In this document: piece by piece, positions 9,784 through 17,688 of the stretch | Layout: every line of letters starts with the position of its first letter | Numbering within the stretch: position 1 is the first letter of the stretch | Source: a virus | Taxonomy: Duplodnaviria > Caudoviricetes | DNA: 37,090 nt | Virus record (IMG/VR): IMGVR_UViG_3300037851_000312 | Coordinates: 1-37,090 of that record | Reading direction: 5' to 3' (one strand) | Made by a program: the position numbers and the translations under genes | Notes under the pieces: model-generated | Databases searched by the model: none | Told to the model about the DNA's origin: nothing | The model's input: only the letters and a program-made list of their open reading frames with translations

Positions 9784-10784
9784 CGTGGGACGCGACGAAA
9801 CCCGACATGACTCAGGCGACGATGGCCGAGGTGCTATCGTCCATCCGTCAGAATCAGGCGGCGCTGGCGTCATGGGGCTGGACCGTCAAGGCGATCACCG
9901 CCGGGACGACGACCGGGACGACGACCCAAACGGACGGGGGGATCTGGGAGATCACCGGAACGGCGGATTGTTCGACCGTCAACCTCCCCGGGAACTTCGT
10001 GATCGCCTCGGTCGTGGACGGCATGAGGTTCGTGACCGGCGGAAACGTTTTGAACGCTCCGTTGATCGTCTGGGGCGGCTCGCTGGTTTGCTTCCTCAAG
10101 GTCGGCAGCTCCGTTCGCGTCGTCCTTGTCGGCGAACGGCAGTGGGACGCGGACATGATGATGTTCTTCTCGTGGCAGAAGAATCCGGCGGCGACGACGT
10201 GGGCCTCCGACGGGCCGACGATCTCGACGACCGGCACGGCCGCCGAGTCGAACGACACAGACGGCGAGTTCGTCCAGTACACGACCCCCAGCGCGAGCGT
10301 CGGCGGCGTGTACTTCTCCGCGAACATCGCAAACCTGCAGTGTCCCGTTGTGCTTGAGATGCGGCTGAAAACCGGCTCCTCTATCGCGAGCTACCGGCTG
10401 TGGGCGGGCCTGTTTTCCGCCGACCCCTCCGGATCGGACACGTTTTTCTCAACCGGCGACGGCGCCGGGTTTCGGTTCTCGACTGGGGCCTCGGACACTC
10501 AATTCCAGTGCGTCTCGGGGGACGGGGTCGGCGAGAAGGTCACGGCGTCGGGCGTGACGGTTGCGACCACGACGCCGTACATCCTGAGGATTGAACACGA
10601 CCCGCGCCTTACATCGGCCCAGAATCGGTTCTACATCAACGGGAAGCTGTGCGCGACGCATACCGGGGCGACGGACAAGGTCGAATCGGGGAACCAAGGG
10701 TGTCGCCCCTACATCATGGCAACGGACCTCGCGACGGGCGGAAAACAGATCCGCGTCGCAAAGGCGTTCATGTATCGGCACTGA
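9780..10784 (+). CDS. Putative receptor-binding/tail fibre protein, lectin-like beta-sandwich C-terminus
   Basis: Thr/Gly/Ser-rich; RFYINGKLCATH pattern of ConA/LamG-like folds; tail module position. Confidence 0.6.
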   Translation: MTWDATKPDMTQATMAEVLSSIRQNQAALASWGWTVKAITAGTTTGTTTQTDGGIWEITGTADCSTVNLPGNFVIASVVDGMRFVTGGNVLNAPLIVWGGSLVCFLKVGSSVRVVLVGERQWDADMMMFFSWQKNPAATTWASDGPTISTTGTAAESNDTDGEFVQYTTPSASVGGVYFSANIANLQCPVVLEMRLKTGSSIASYRLWAGLFSADPSGSDTFFSTGDGAGFRFSTGASDTQFQCVSGDGVGEKVTASGVTVATTTPYILRIEHDPRLTSAQNRFYINGKLCATHTGATDKVESGNQGCRPYIMATDLATGGKQIRVAKAFMYRH

Positions 10785-10792
10785 CGACGACG

Positions 10793-12037
10793 ATGCCTAC
10801 CTACGACGAAAGCCTAACAGTCGGCGCGACCGCCGGAGCCAGCGCGGACCCGGTCGCGCGGTCCGCGACGATCGGCGCGACCGCCGGAGCCAGCGCGGCG
10901 GCTACGCTCCGATGGGCGTTTGACCCGGGCAAACCAAACATGCTCCAGACGCTCCCCGAGGTCGTCGAGTACGTCCGGGAGCGGGCGCAGCGATCCGTCA
11001 TCGCGGTCAACCCGGACCCGGTTCTGGTTGACTCCTACCCGCATCCCGGGAACCTCTATACCGGCGCGAACTACCGAAAAACGCCAGTTCTGTCGTTCGT
11101 CCCGGACGACTACGACGACTGTCTTCTCGGCCAGCAGAGTTCGGGGGGGGGCAGCGCCGGGATCAAGCTGTTCGAATCGTCCGGGGCAATCCGTCCGGTC
11201 GGGTTGCCGCTCGGCTGGATGGTCCGCTCCGTGCCGGACTACGTTCCGCCGGGCGAGCCGACGATCTTCCTGTCGAAGAACACGGTCGGAGCGGACATGA
11301 ACTTCAAACTGCTCGCACCGATCGGTCGCTACACGCGCGACCCCAAACCGATTTCGCCGTGGCAGTTTGCTCGCGGGCTGTCGTGGGATTACCTCGCGTC
11401 AACCGGGGACGCCGTCCGAAAGGGCGGCGCGAACGCCGTGTCGTGGACGGGGAACAATCCCGGGACGGGCGGGGCGCCGATCCTCGACCGGATTGAGTGG
11501 AAGCAATACTCGACCGGCGGCGCGAGCGCCGCTCAGGCGTACATCATCTCGTGGTCGCGGACCTTCATTGACATGTCTCGCCCGACCCGTTGGATTGGAC
11601 TGTGGCGATCGCCGACGACGCCCGCTGCGGGATTGAACCTGTGGGTTGGCATTTTTGGCGCTTTGCCCGCCTACAACGCGACCCTGCCGACGACGAACGC
11701 GGCGTTCTTTCGGTATTGTCCCGCCGGGAGCGTCGACACAACGGCGTTCTTCCGGGCGATCACCCACGATAACGCGGGGTCATATGTGACGACGACGACG
11801 GCGCCGTACCGCGCCGACACCGTCTACATTTTCGAGATCCGGACGCGGCCCGAGCTGTCGCCGCCGCGAGTCGAGTTCTACGTCAACGGGTGGCTCGCCG
11901 CGACGCACTCTGACACCGCGCAGCGGGCGCCGTCGTCGGCGACGAATCCGTGCGGCTGGGGTATCGTCGCGAGCATGTACTCGGCGGGCGACGACATCCC
12001 GCTCTATTGGCGGTCGTTTCGGTCGTGGCACATTTAG
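10793..12037 (+). CDS. Second putative receptor-binding protein, paralog of 9780..10784
   Basis: ATG 10793 just after previous stop; shares W..D..KP.M.Q..EV...R and EFYVNGWLAATH motifs. Confidence 0.6.
   Translation: MPTYDESLTVGATAGASADPVARSATIGATAGASAAATLRWAFDPGKPNMLQTLPEVVEYVRERAQRSVIAVNPDPVLVDSYPHPGNLYTGANYRKTPVLSFVPDDYDDCLLGQQSSGGGSAGIKLFESSGAIRPVGLPLGWMVRSVPDYVPPGEPTIFLSKNTVGADMNFKLLAPIGRYTRDPKPISPWQFARGLSWDYLASTGDAVRKGGANAVSWTGNNPGTGGAPILDRIEWKQYSTGGASAAQAYIISWSRTFIDMSRPTRWIGLWRSPTTPAAGLNLWVGIFGALPAYNATLPTTNAAFFRYCPAGSVDTTAFFRAITHDNAGSYVTTTTAPYRADTVYIFEIRTRPELSPPRVEFYVNGWLAATHSDTAQRAPSSATNPCGWGIVASMYSAGDDIPLYWRSFRSWHI
10821..10898 (+). repeat. 27-nt direct repeat encoding GATAGASA
   Basis: tcggcgcgaccgccggagccagcgcgg at 10821-10847 and 10872-10898. 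Confidence 0.9.
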
Positions 12038-12046
12038 GGGGGCGGG

Positions 12047-12367
12047 ATGACGGACGAGCAAAAGGCGTCATGGGCAGCGGCAATCCGACCGGCGGACGTG
12101 ATCCTGTTTCTGACGCTGGCGTTCAACTTCGGCATTGGCTGGGCGCGATTGTCGCAAGTCGAGGACTGGATCGAGAAACACGAGGCCGCCGTACAGCGAG
12201 CCGCCGAAGAACACTCGGAGGCTTATCGCAAACAAGAGGAACGGCTGAAAGAGTTTGAGCGGCGCGACGTGTCCGACGCGAAGCTCGACGCAATCTTGCA
12301 GCGTCTGATCTCAATGGAAAACCGGATCAACGAAGCGGGGGGGCGACGTGCGAAATCCCCTGATTAG
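12047..12367 (+). CDS. Single-TM coiled-coil membrane protein (lysis-associated)
   Basis: VILFLTLAFNFGIGW then charged helix; immediately before endolysin. Confidence 0.6.
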   Translation: MTDEQKASWAAAIRPADVILFLTLAFNFGIGWARLSQVEDWIEKHEAAVQRAAEEHSEAYRKQEERLKEFERRDVSDAKLDAILQRLISMENRINEAGGRRAKSPD

Positions 12368-12845
12368 CGTTCCTCGCGGGCTGCCAGCCGTTCATGCGAT
12401 CTTCGGCGACCCCATGGGCGGGGCGCAATCCGGGGCGCCGAGCGAGGCGTGGCTCGCCGCGTCGCTCGTCTACGCCGACCTTCCGTTCTCGCTGCCGATT
12501 GCGTGGGACACGGGCAGATGGGCGGACCGGGCGCGGGTCCACCGGCTTGTGAGGCCGTTTTTCGTCGCCGCATGGGAGGCCGTCGCCGACGCCGGGCTGC
12601 GGGCCTCGGTCGTGTCGTGGGGCGGCGCCTACAACCACCGGGCGAAGCGGTCGGATCGGTACTCGCTTTCAATGCACGCCTACGGCATCGCGTTTGACAT
12701 CAATCCCCGCGAAAGCGGCATGGGGCGGACCGGGACGATCGACCCGGCGCTGATCGACGTGTTTGAGTTCCATGGCTGGTACTGGGGCGGGCGGTTCCGA
12801 CCGACGCCGGACGAGATGCATTTTCAGTTTGCGGAGGGTGTGTGA
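12348..12845 (+). CDS. Endolysin, peptidase M15 family
   Basis: SMHAYGIAFD (SxHxxGxAxD), WGG, DEMHFQ zinc-peptidase motifs. Confidence 0.9.
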   Translation: MRNPLISVPRGLPAVHAIFGDPMGGAQSGAPSEAWLAASLVYADLPFSLPIAWDTGRWADRARVHRLVRPFFVAAWEAVADAGLRASVVSWGGAYNHRAKRSDRYSLSMHAYGIAFDINPRESGMGRTGTIDPALIDVFEFHGWYWGGRFRPTPDEMHFQFAEGV

Positions 12846-13198
12846 TGGACCCCATGAACGGATCAACCGATCAGTTCTTCCTGACCGTTTCGGCCTTCTT
12901 GATTCCGATCGCCGTGTCAGCGCTTGACGCCATCGCGATCAGGGTTGGCTGGGCGTGGACCCGGGCGAACAAACCGGAGATTGCCGCGTCGATTGGCGCG
13001 ATCCTCGGCGTGGCGTACGGGTATCCACCGATCTGGGAGTATTTGAACCAGAAGCCGATTCCGCTGGGGGCGTCTCCTGCAGCCTTTGTCCTCGGGGGGA
13101 TCACGGCGGGCCTTGCCGCCGTAGGAATTCACGCGATCTCGTGGCACCGGCAAGCCCGGCAAGAGGAAGAACGACAAAAGAAGGAGGAAACCAAGTGA
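12842..13198 (+). CDS. Putative holin
   Basis: About three hydrophobic segments, highly charged C-terminus, follows endolysin. Confidence 0.65.
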   Translation: MMDPMNGSTDQFFLTVSAFLIPIAVSALDAIAIRVGWAWTRANKPEIAASIGAILGVAYGYPPIWEYLNQKPIPLGASPAAFVLGGITAGLAAVGIHAISWHRQARQEEERQKKEETK

Positions 13199-13557
13199 AA
13201 AGATACCTCGGAGTTTTGGCCGTCTGCGCCTTGCTCGGCGCGATGGGCGCGACCTGTAAGGGCGTCGACAAAGTCCCGCTCGATCAGAAGGCGGCGAAGA
13301 AAGCCCTCGTGGCGCTACAGGAGACCCGGACCGAAGTGCTCCGGACCGCTGCCGTGCTCTACGTCGACGGCAAGTTGTCAAAGGAATCGGTCGCGAAGAT
13401 CGAGGAGTGGGACGCCCGATTCAGGTTTGCGTGGGCCAAGGCCGCCGCCGCCGTTGACCTGTGGGGCGCGGTCGGACAGGCCGAATACCAGACGGCGTCG
13501 GACGACGCAAGGGCTGCCGTGATCGAAATGCGGGCGATTGCCGGGGGGGGACGATGA
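13195..13557 (+). CDS. Putative lipoprotein (lysis/spanin-like candidate)
   Basis: SD AAGGAGG 13181-13187, GTG 13195; MKRYLGVLAVCALLGAMGATC signal peptide then helical domain. Confidence 0.6.
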   Translation: MKRYLGVLAVCALLGAMGATCKGVDKVPLDQKAAKKALVALQETRTEVLRTAAVLYVDGKLSKESVAKIEEWDARFRFAWAKAAAAVDLWGAVGQAEYQTASDDARAAVIEMRAIAGGGR

Positions 13558-13802
13558 GCACGACGACGGACCTGAAAAAAGCGCTGGCAAAGATCGACGT
13601 GGAGGATTTGCGCCTGATCGTCATGGTGGCTGCCTCGATCATGCGCCTCGGACAGCGGCTTTACGCCCTCCTGAGGGTCGCCGACATTCCCCCAGAGGTC
13701 TGGGAGGAGGCGAAGGCGAAGAACGACAAAACGATCGACGACTACATCCGCTCACTCGGCGGCGACCCGCCGCCGCCGCCGGACATCCCGGGAAACTCCT
13801 AG
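13554..13802 (+). CDS. Hypothetical amphipathic helical protein
   Basis: ATGA overlap at 13554, G8 tract as SD; 82 aa. Confidence 0.6.
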   Translation: MSTTTDLKKALAKIDVEDLRLIVMVAASIMRLGQRLYALLRVADIPPEVWEEAKAKNDKTIDDYIRSLGGDPPPPPDIPGNS

Positions 13803-13810
13803 TTCCCGGC

Positions 13811-13834
13811 GCGGGCGTCCGATGGGGCGCCCGC
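13811..13834 (+). terminator. GC hairpin ending the late operon (no U-tract)
   Basis: gcgggcgtcc-gatg-gggcgcccgc. Confidence 0.4.
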
Positions 13835-13871
13835 AACCTTCGGGTTTGTCCCAGCCCTCGCGACAGCCTTC

Positions 13872-13900
13872 TCGACGCCCGCCGCCGATTGCCTTACGTT
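13872..13900 (+). promoter_or_regulatory. Putative early promoter
   Basis: TCGACG-N17-TACGTT; same layout as 15059 and 26782. Confidence 0.5.
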
Positions 13901-13952
13901 CTGCGTAGATTGATCGGCAACCTCGCCGGTCAACAAACCAAGGAGGCCATCG

Positions 13953-14957
13953 ATGACTTACAACGCGGCGGTAACCGGGATTTCCCCGAAAGACGTGAAG
14001 GACTATTCGTCGCACGCGACAATGTGGCGCGGCGTCGGCACGTGGGCGGACGACGCCGCCCTCGCCGAGGATGGTACGGCGCTCCTCGATCGGGCCGGAA
14101 TGCTCCGGCCCGTCTACACGCGCCCCCTCTACTACGCCGACGACGCGGGCGGCTACGTCGAGACCGACTCGCTGGCGATCGGCGCCGACTACGACGACGG
14201 ATTCCACCAGTACGGCGCGGTCAAGGGCCGATACGAAATCCTCCAGAACCTCGACTTCGTCCTCCGCACGATGCAGCCGCTTGTCGACGCGAACCTCTGC
14301 CGCTACGCCGCCGCCGGTAACCTGAAGGGCGGCGCCCGGGCGTGGGTCGCCGCCGAGCTGTCGTCGGGGATCGTGCGCGAAAACCCGGACGGATCGCCCG
14401 ACCGGATTTACCGCCACCTGATGGGCGTCGTCGGCCACGACGGGCGGACCGCCGTCTACTTCTCGCTCGCCGACATGCGCCTCGTCTGTTCCAACGTGAT
14501 CGCCTCCGCGATGGAGGGTGGTATCACGATCCGGTTCAAGCACGACTCGGGCCTGATGGTCAACGTAGGCGAGGCCGCGAACCGCCTCGCCGAGGTCAAC
14601 CGGAACTTCGCAGCGACGATCGACGCCTACAAAGCGATGGCGGCGCTGCCGCTGACCTCGAAACGCCTCGACGCCCTCTACACGCTGGCCCTGCCGATCC
14701 GCCGCGATCCGGACACCGACGCCGAAATCGCCTCGCCGCGCCGCGCGAAGATCATCGCCGAATCCGCGCGTTTGATGGTCGAGGGCAGCGGCGCTGGCGG
14801 GGGGACCGTCTGGGACTGGTACAACGGCGTCACCGAGTTCCTCGACCACGAAGGCGACCACCGGGGGAAGCATTTCGAGTCCTCCCTCTGGGGCGTCCGG
14901 TCCGAAATCCGCCGGTCCGCCTACGACGCGGCGATGTCCGTTCTGCGGGCCGCGTGA
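13953..14957 (+). CDS. DUF932 family phage/plasmid protein
   Basis: YEILQN, AGNLKGGARAW, HDG, RLVCSN, TVWDWYNGVTEFLDH motifs. Confidence 0.88.
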   Translation: MTYNAAVTGISPKDVKDYSSHATMWRGVGTWADDAALAEDGTALLDRAGMLRPVYTRPLYYADDAGGYVETDSLAIGADYDDGFHQYGAVKGRYEILQNLDFVLRTMQPLVDANLCRYAAAGNLKGGARAWVAAELSSGIVRENPDGSPDRIYRHLMGVVGHDGRTAVYFSLADMRLVCSNVIASAMEGGITIRFKHDSGLMVNVGEAANRLAEVNRNFAATIDAYKAMAALPLTSKRLDALYTLALPIRRDPDTDAEIASPRRAKIIAESARLMVEGSGAGGGTVWDWYNGVTEFLDHEGDHRGKHFESSLWGVRSEIRRSAYDAAMSVLRAA

Positions 14958-15004
14958 CCCTCAGCGGGGCGTCTGCCCGCCCTGCCCGCCCTGTCACGCG
15001 CCCG

Positions 15005-15038
15005 GGGCGCCCTCGCGAGGGGGCGCCCAGTTTTTTTT
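15005..15038 (+). terminator. Intrinsic terminator
   Basis: gggcgccctc-GCGA-gggggcgccc followed by T8. Confidence 0.9.
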
Positions 15039-15058
15039 GGGGCAACGCAAGAAAAGAC

Positions 15059-15087
15059 TCGACAACGTTACTTTTTGGACCCATCTT
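15059..15087 (+). promoter_or_regulatory. Putative early promoter with 12-bp box in spacer
   Basis: TCGACA-N17-CATCTT; GTTACTTTTTGG at 15067-15078. Confidence 0.55.
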
Positions 15088-15115
15088 GCAATCATAACAA
15101 ACAAGGAGGCCAACC

Positions 15116-15325
15116 ATGACCCAGACCACCAAGCCCCAGACCTTCAACGAAACCGCCGACCCGTTCGCGAATGTCGGCGCCCGCGTCGCGATCGGCTCGG
15201 ACACCGGGACGATCACGGACGTTGCCTTCGTCGGCGACTGCTACGACGGGCTGGCGATCATCTACGTCGTCGAGATCGGGACCGAGCTGTACCGGCTCCG
15301 CGACCACGCGCTCCGGGCCGCCTGA
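15116..15325 (+). CDS. Small acidic beta-barrel-like protein (69 aa), monocistronic
   Basis: Strong SD, own promoter and terminator, high-GC3 codons. Confidence 0.8.
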   Translation: MTQTTKPQTFNETADPFANVGARVAIGSDTGTITDVAFVGDCYDGLAIIYVVEIGTELYRLRDHALRAA

Positions 15326-15345
15326 ACGCGAGCGGCAATCGACCG

Positions 15346-15378
15346 AACGGGCGCCCTTCGGGGCGCCTGTTGTTTTTT
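15346..15378 (+). terminator. Intrinsic terminator
   Basis: aacgggcgccc-TTCG-gggcgcctgtt followed by GT6. Confidence 0.9.
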
Positions 15379-15398
15379 GCGCCCGCCCGCCCGTGTCC

Positions 15399-15432
15399 AT
15401 GTTACGATTTGGTCCCGGTCGCTACTTTCTGG
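15399..15432 (+). promoter_or_regulatory. Extended -10 promoter overlapped by two 12-bp boxes
   Basis: TG-T-TACGAT (15400-15408); GTTACGATTTGG 15401-15412 and GCTACTTTCTGG 15421-15432. Confidence 0.5.
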
Positions 15433-15458
15433 GCCGGGCGAAAGAAAGGGGGTTTCTA

Positions 15459-15782
15459 ATGACAAAGCAACCGGCGTTCCGCAACATCCTCCGGGAGATG
15501 TGGAGCGACCTCAAGGCAAAGCGACCCGAGCGGACGATGGCGTGGTGGGCCGACCGCTGGGAAGTCGAGGAGAGCACGGTCCGGCGCTGGATGGCGGACC
15601 CGAACGGGCGGGCGCCGCATCGGCGGATCGGGCCGCGTCACCGGCGGCGGATCTTCCACGACCCGATCGTGCGGCGCTGGCGCGGTCGTGGCGGCGTTCG
15701 CTTGACGATGGATTCCTACTACGCGATGTTGCCGCCGTCGCCGCAGTGGGCCGCCGAAGGGCCGGGAGGAGAAGGCCGATGA
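15459..15782 (+). CDS. Cro-like helix-turn-helix regulator
   Basis: TMAWWADRWEVEESTVRRWM HTH pattern; first gene of the middle operon. Confidence 0.6.
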   Translation: MTKQPAFRNILREMWSDLKAKRPERTMAWWADRWEVEESTVRRWMADPNGRAPHRRIGPRHRRRIFHDPIVRRWRGRGGVRLTMDSYYAMLPPSPQWAAEGPGGEGR

Positions 15783-16114
15783 AGGCGAATCCGCACAACC
15801 CGACGGGGCGCCTGATCTGCGCCGACTGCGGTCTGGAGTGGGACGTGGCGATGTCGCCCGCCTACTGCCCGAAGTGCGATTGCCGGATCGTCGCGGCGCC
15901 CGTCCGGGATCCGGACGCGGTCCTCGGCGCCGCGATCAGGCGCCTCGTCGCGCGACTCGGGACGCCGATCGTGATCGGCATCGACCGTGGGGGAGCCTAC
16001 GGGCTTCACGCGCTCGACGAATTCCCGACGCGGGCGCCAGCATTCCTCGCTCCGACGCTCGACGCCGTGGCGACCCGGGCCGACGCCTTTTTCGCCGGGG
16101 GGGGGGACGAATGA
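15779..16114 (+). CDS. Zinc-ribbon protein
   Basis: CADC-x12-CPKC; ATGA overlap, SD GGAGG. Confidence 0.65.
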   Translation: MKANPHNPTGRLICADCGLEWDVAMSPAYCPKCDCRIVAAPVRDPDAVLGAAIRRLVARLGTPIVIGIDRGGAYGLHALDEFPTRAPAFLAPTLDAVATRADAFFAGGGDE

Positions 16115-16611
16115 GCAAAACCGACTACCTGAAGACGGTCCTCGATCGTCTCCGGGACGTGGTCCGGCGCGACCCTGCAATGCTGTCCGTGGCGATCCGG
16201 GTCGGCGAGTTGTTCCCGGACGTCATCGACGCGATCAACGCGAAGGCGAAGGAGGGCGCGTTCGTCGATCAGATCAGGCGCAACCAGAGTAACGCCGCGC
16301 TGCTTGGAAAAATCGTTGCAATCCTCGCGACCGGGTCGACGGGCCACGCCGCCGACGACGCGGCGCTGCGTTTCGGCGACCTCGGCGAAGGCGGGCAGCG
16401 CGGCGGCGATGCCAACCGCCTGATGTTCGCCGGGTTTTTGGTTTTGGCTGCGGCGTCGATTGCCACCGCCCGGGCGGTCGCCGACGGCTCGCGATCGGGC
16501 CTGACGCATTCCGATCGGGCCGAGCTGGCCGTGTTGGTCGATCGGATCATGCACCGCCTTGACGAATTGTCACACAAACAGGACGAAAACTATGACGAAA
16601 AAGCGAATTAG
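16111..16611 (+). CDS. Hypothetical helical protein (contains the 35-bp inverted copy of tape measure DNA)
   Basis: ATGA overlap, G10 tract upstream, fills the operon between neighbours. Confidence 0.6.
   Translation: MSKTDYLKTVLDRLRDVVRRDPAMLSVAIRVGELFPDVIDAINAKAKEGAFVDQIRRNQSNAALLGKIVAILATGSTGHAADDAALRFGDLGEGGQRGGDANRLMFAGFLVLAAASIATARAVADGSRSGLTHSDRAELAVLVDRIMHRLDELSHKQDENYDEKAN
16371..16405 (-). repeat. Exact 35-bp inverted copy of 3383-3417
   Basis: tttcggcgacctcggcgaaggcgggcagcgcggcg is the reverse complement of cgccgcgctgcccgccttcgccgaggtcgccgaaa. Confidence 0.95.
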
Positions 16612-17401
16612 TTTCACGCAACTGAAAATGCTCTCGTTTTGCGGCGAGCAGTACCGGCGTCGCTACGTCGAGAACGACCGGATCCCGCCGGGGATTGCCC
16701 TCCTCGTCGGGCGCGGCGTGGACGATTCCGTCAACGCCGACCTTTCCGAGAAGATCGCGACCGGGGGACTGCTGCCGGACGAGGCAATTCCGGATATCGC
16801 CCGTACGGCGTTTGACCGGGCCAAGGGGTCGGGCGAGATCAAGCTGACCGAGGACGAAGCCGAGGACGGACTCGAAAAGACCCTCGGCGGAGCCGTCGAC
16901 AAGACGGTGCGGCTCGCTACGCTCCACCACGCCGCCCTCGCGCCGACGCTGGCGCCGACGCACGTTCAGCGCTCGTACACGATCCAGCTCGACGGTTATC
17001 CGGTCGACCTGACCGGGGTCATGGATATTCAGGAAGGCCTCGCCGCCGTGCGCGACACGAAGACTTCCGGCAAGACGCCGCCCGCGAACGTGGCCGAGCG
17101 CGACCTGCAGTTGACCGGGTACGCTCTCGCCGTGCTCGCGATCGACGGGGCGTTGCCGGAAGCGGTGACGCTCGACTACTTGATCGATCTGAAGACGCCG
17201 AAGGCACAGGTATTCGCGTCGGCGAGGTCGCGCGACGACCTCGCCGTGTTTCTTCGCCGGGTCGAGGCCGCCGTCCGAGCCTTGGAGGCCGGGGCGTTCG
17301 TCCCAGCCTCTCCGAACGAGCCGCTTTGCTCCCCGCGATGGTGCGGCTATCACTCAACCTGTCCGTACGTCCGGCAACCCGCTACAATAGCGGTGCCGTA
17401 A
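16592..17401 (+). CDS. PD-(D/E)XK exonuclease, Cas4/RecB-like with four-Cys Fe-S motif
   Basis: N-terminal S.TQL....FC, GVMD...DTKT, QLTGY, C-terminal CSPRWCGYHSTC. Confidence 0.85.
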   Translation: MTKKRISFTQLKMLSFCGEQYRRRYVENDRIPPGIALLVGRGVDDSVNADLSEKIATGGLLPDEAIPDIARTAFDRAKGSGEIKLTEDEAEDGLEKTLGGAVDKTVRLATLHHAALAPTLAPTHVQRSYTIQLDGYPVDLTGVMDIQEGLAAVRDTKTSGKTPPANVAERDLQLTGYALAVLAIDGALPEAVTLDYLIDLKTPKAQVFASARSRDDLAVFLRRVEAAVRALEAGAFVPASPNEPLCSPRWCGYHSTCPYVRQPATIAVP

Positions 17402-17433
17402 AGTAACAATCAACCGAGCCTAAAGGAGGCCAC

Positions 17434-17688
17434 ATGAAAGACGAAACTGCCGACACGACCATCCGCTACCGGGTCACGGTCACGAAGATCGTCTCCGGGA
17501 CGGTCACGCGCCCGAGGTCCAAGAGGACGGGGGCGAAAGACGCGAACGGTTACGACGAATACCAGACGATCGTCTCGACCGAGTACGAGGTCGCCGAGAC
17601 GCAGCTCTACGTCCGGTCCATGGCGACGGAGCCGAATATCGCCGGAATCAACCGCGTCATCGAGCGTAGCGAGCGGGTGGCGAAATGA
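17434..17688 (+). CDS. Hypothetical protein (84 aa)
   Basis: SD AAAGGAGG; ATGA overlap with next gene. Confidence 0.75.
   Translation: MKDETADTTIRYRVTVTKIVSGTVTRPRSKRTGAKDANGYDEYQTIVSTEYEVAETQLYVRSMATEPNIAGINRVIERSERVAK

Noticed and set aside
9780-12037. Diversity-generating retroelement acting on the paralogous fibres
   Set aside because: No reverse transcriptase and no near-identical TR/VR pair differing at adenines was seen
16371-17401. CRISPR mini-array next to the Cas4-like gene
   Set aside because: The 35-mer is spacer-sized, but no flanking direct repeats or other cas genes are visible; solo Cas4-like nucleases are common in phages
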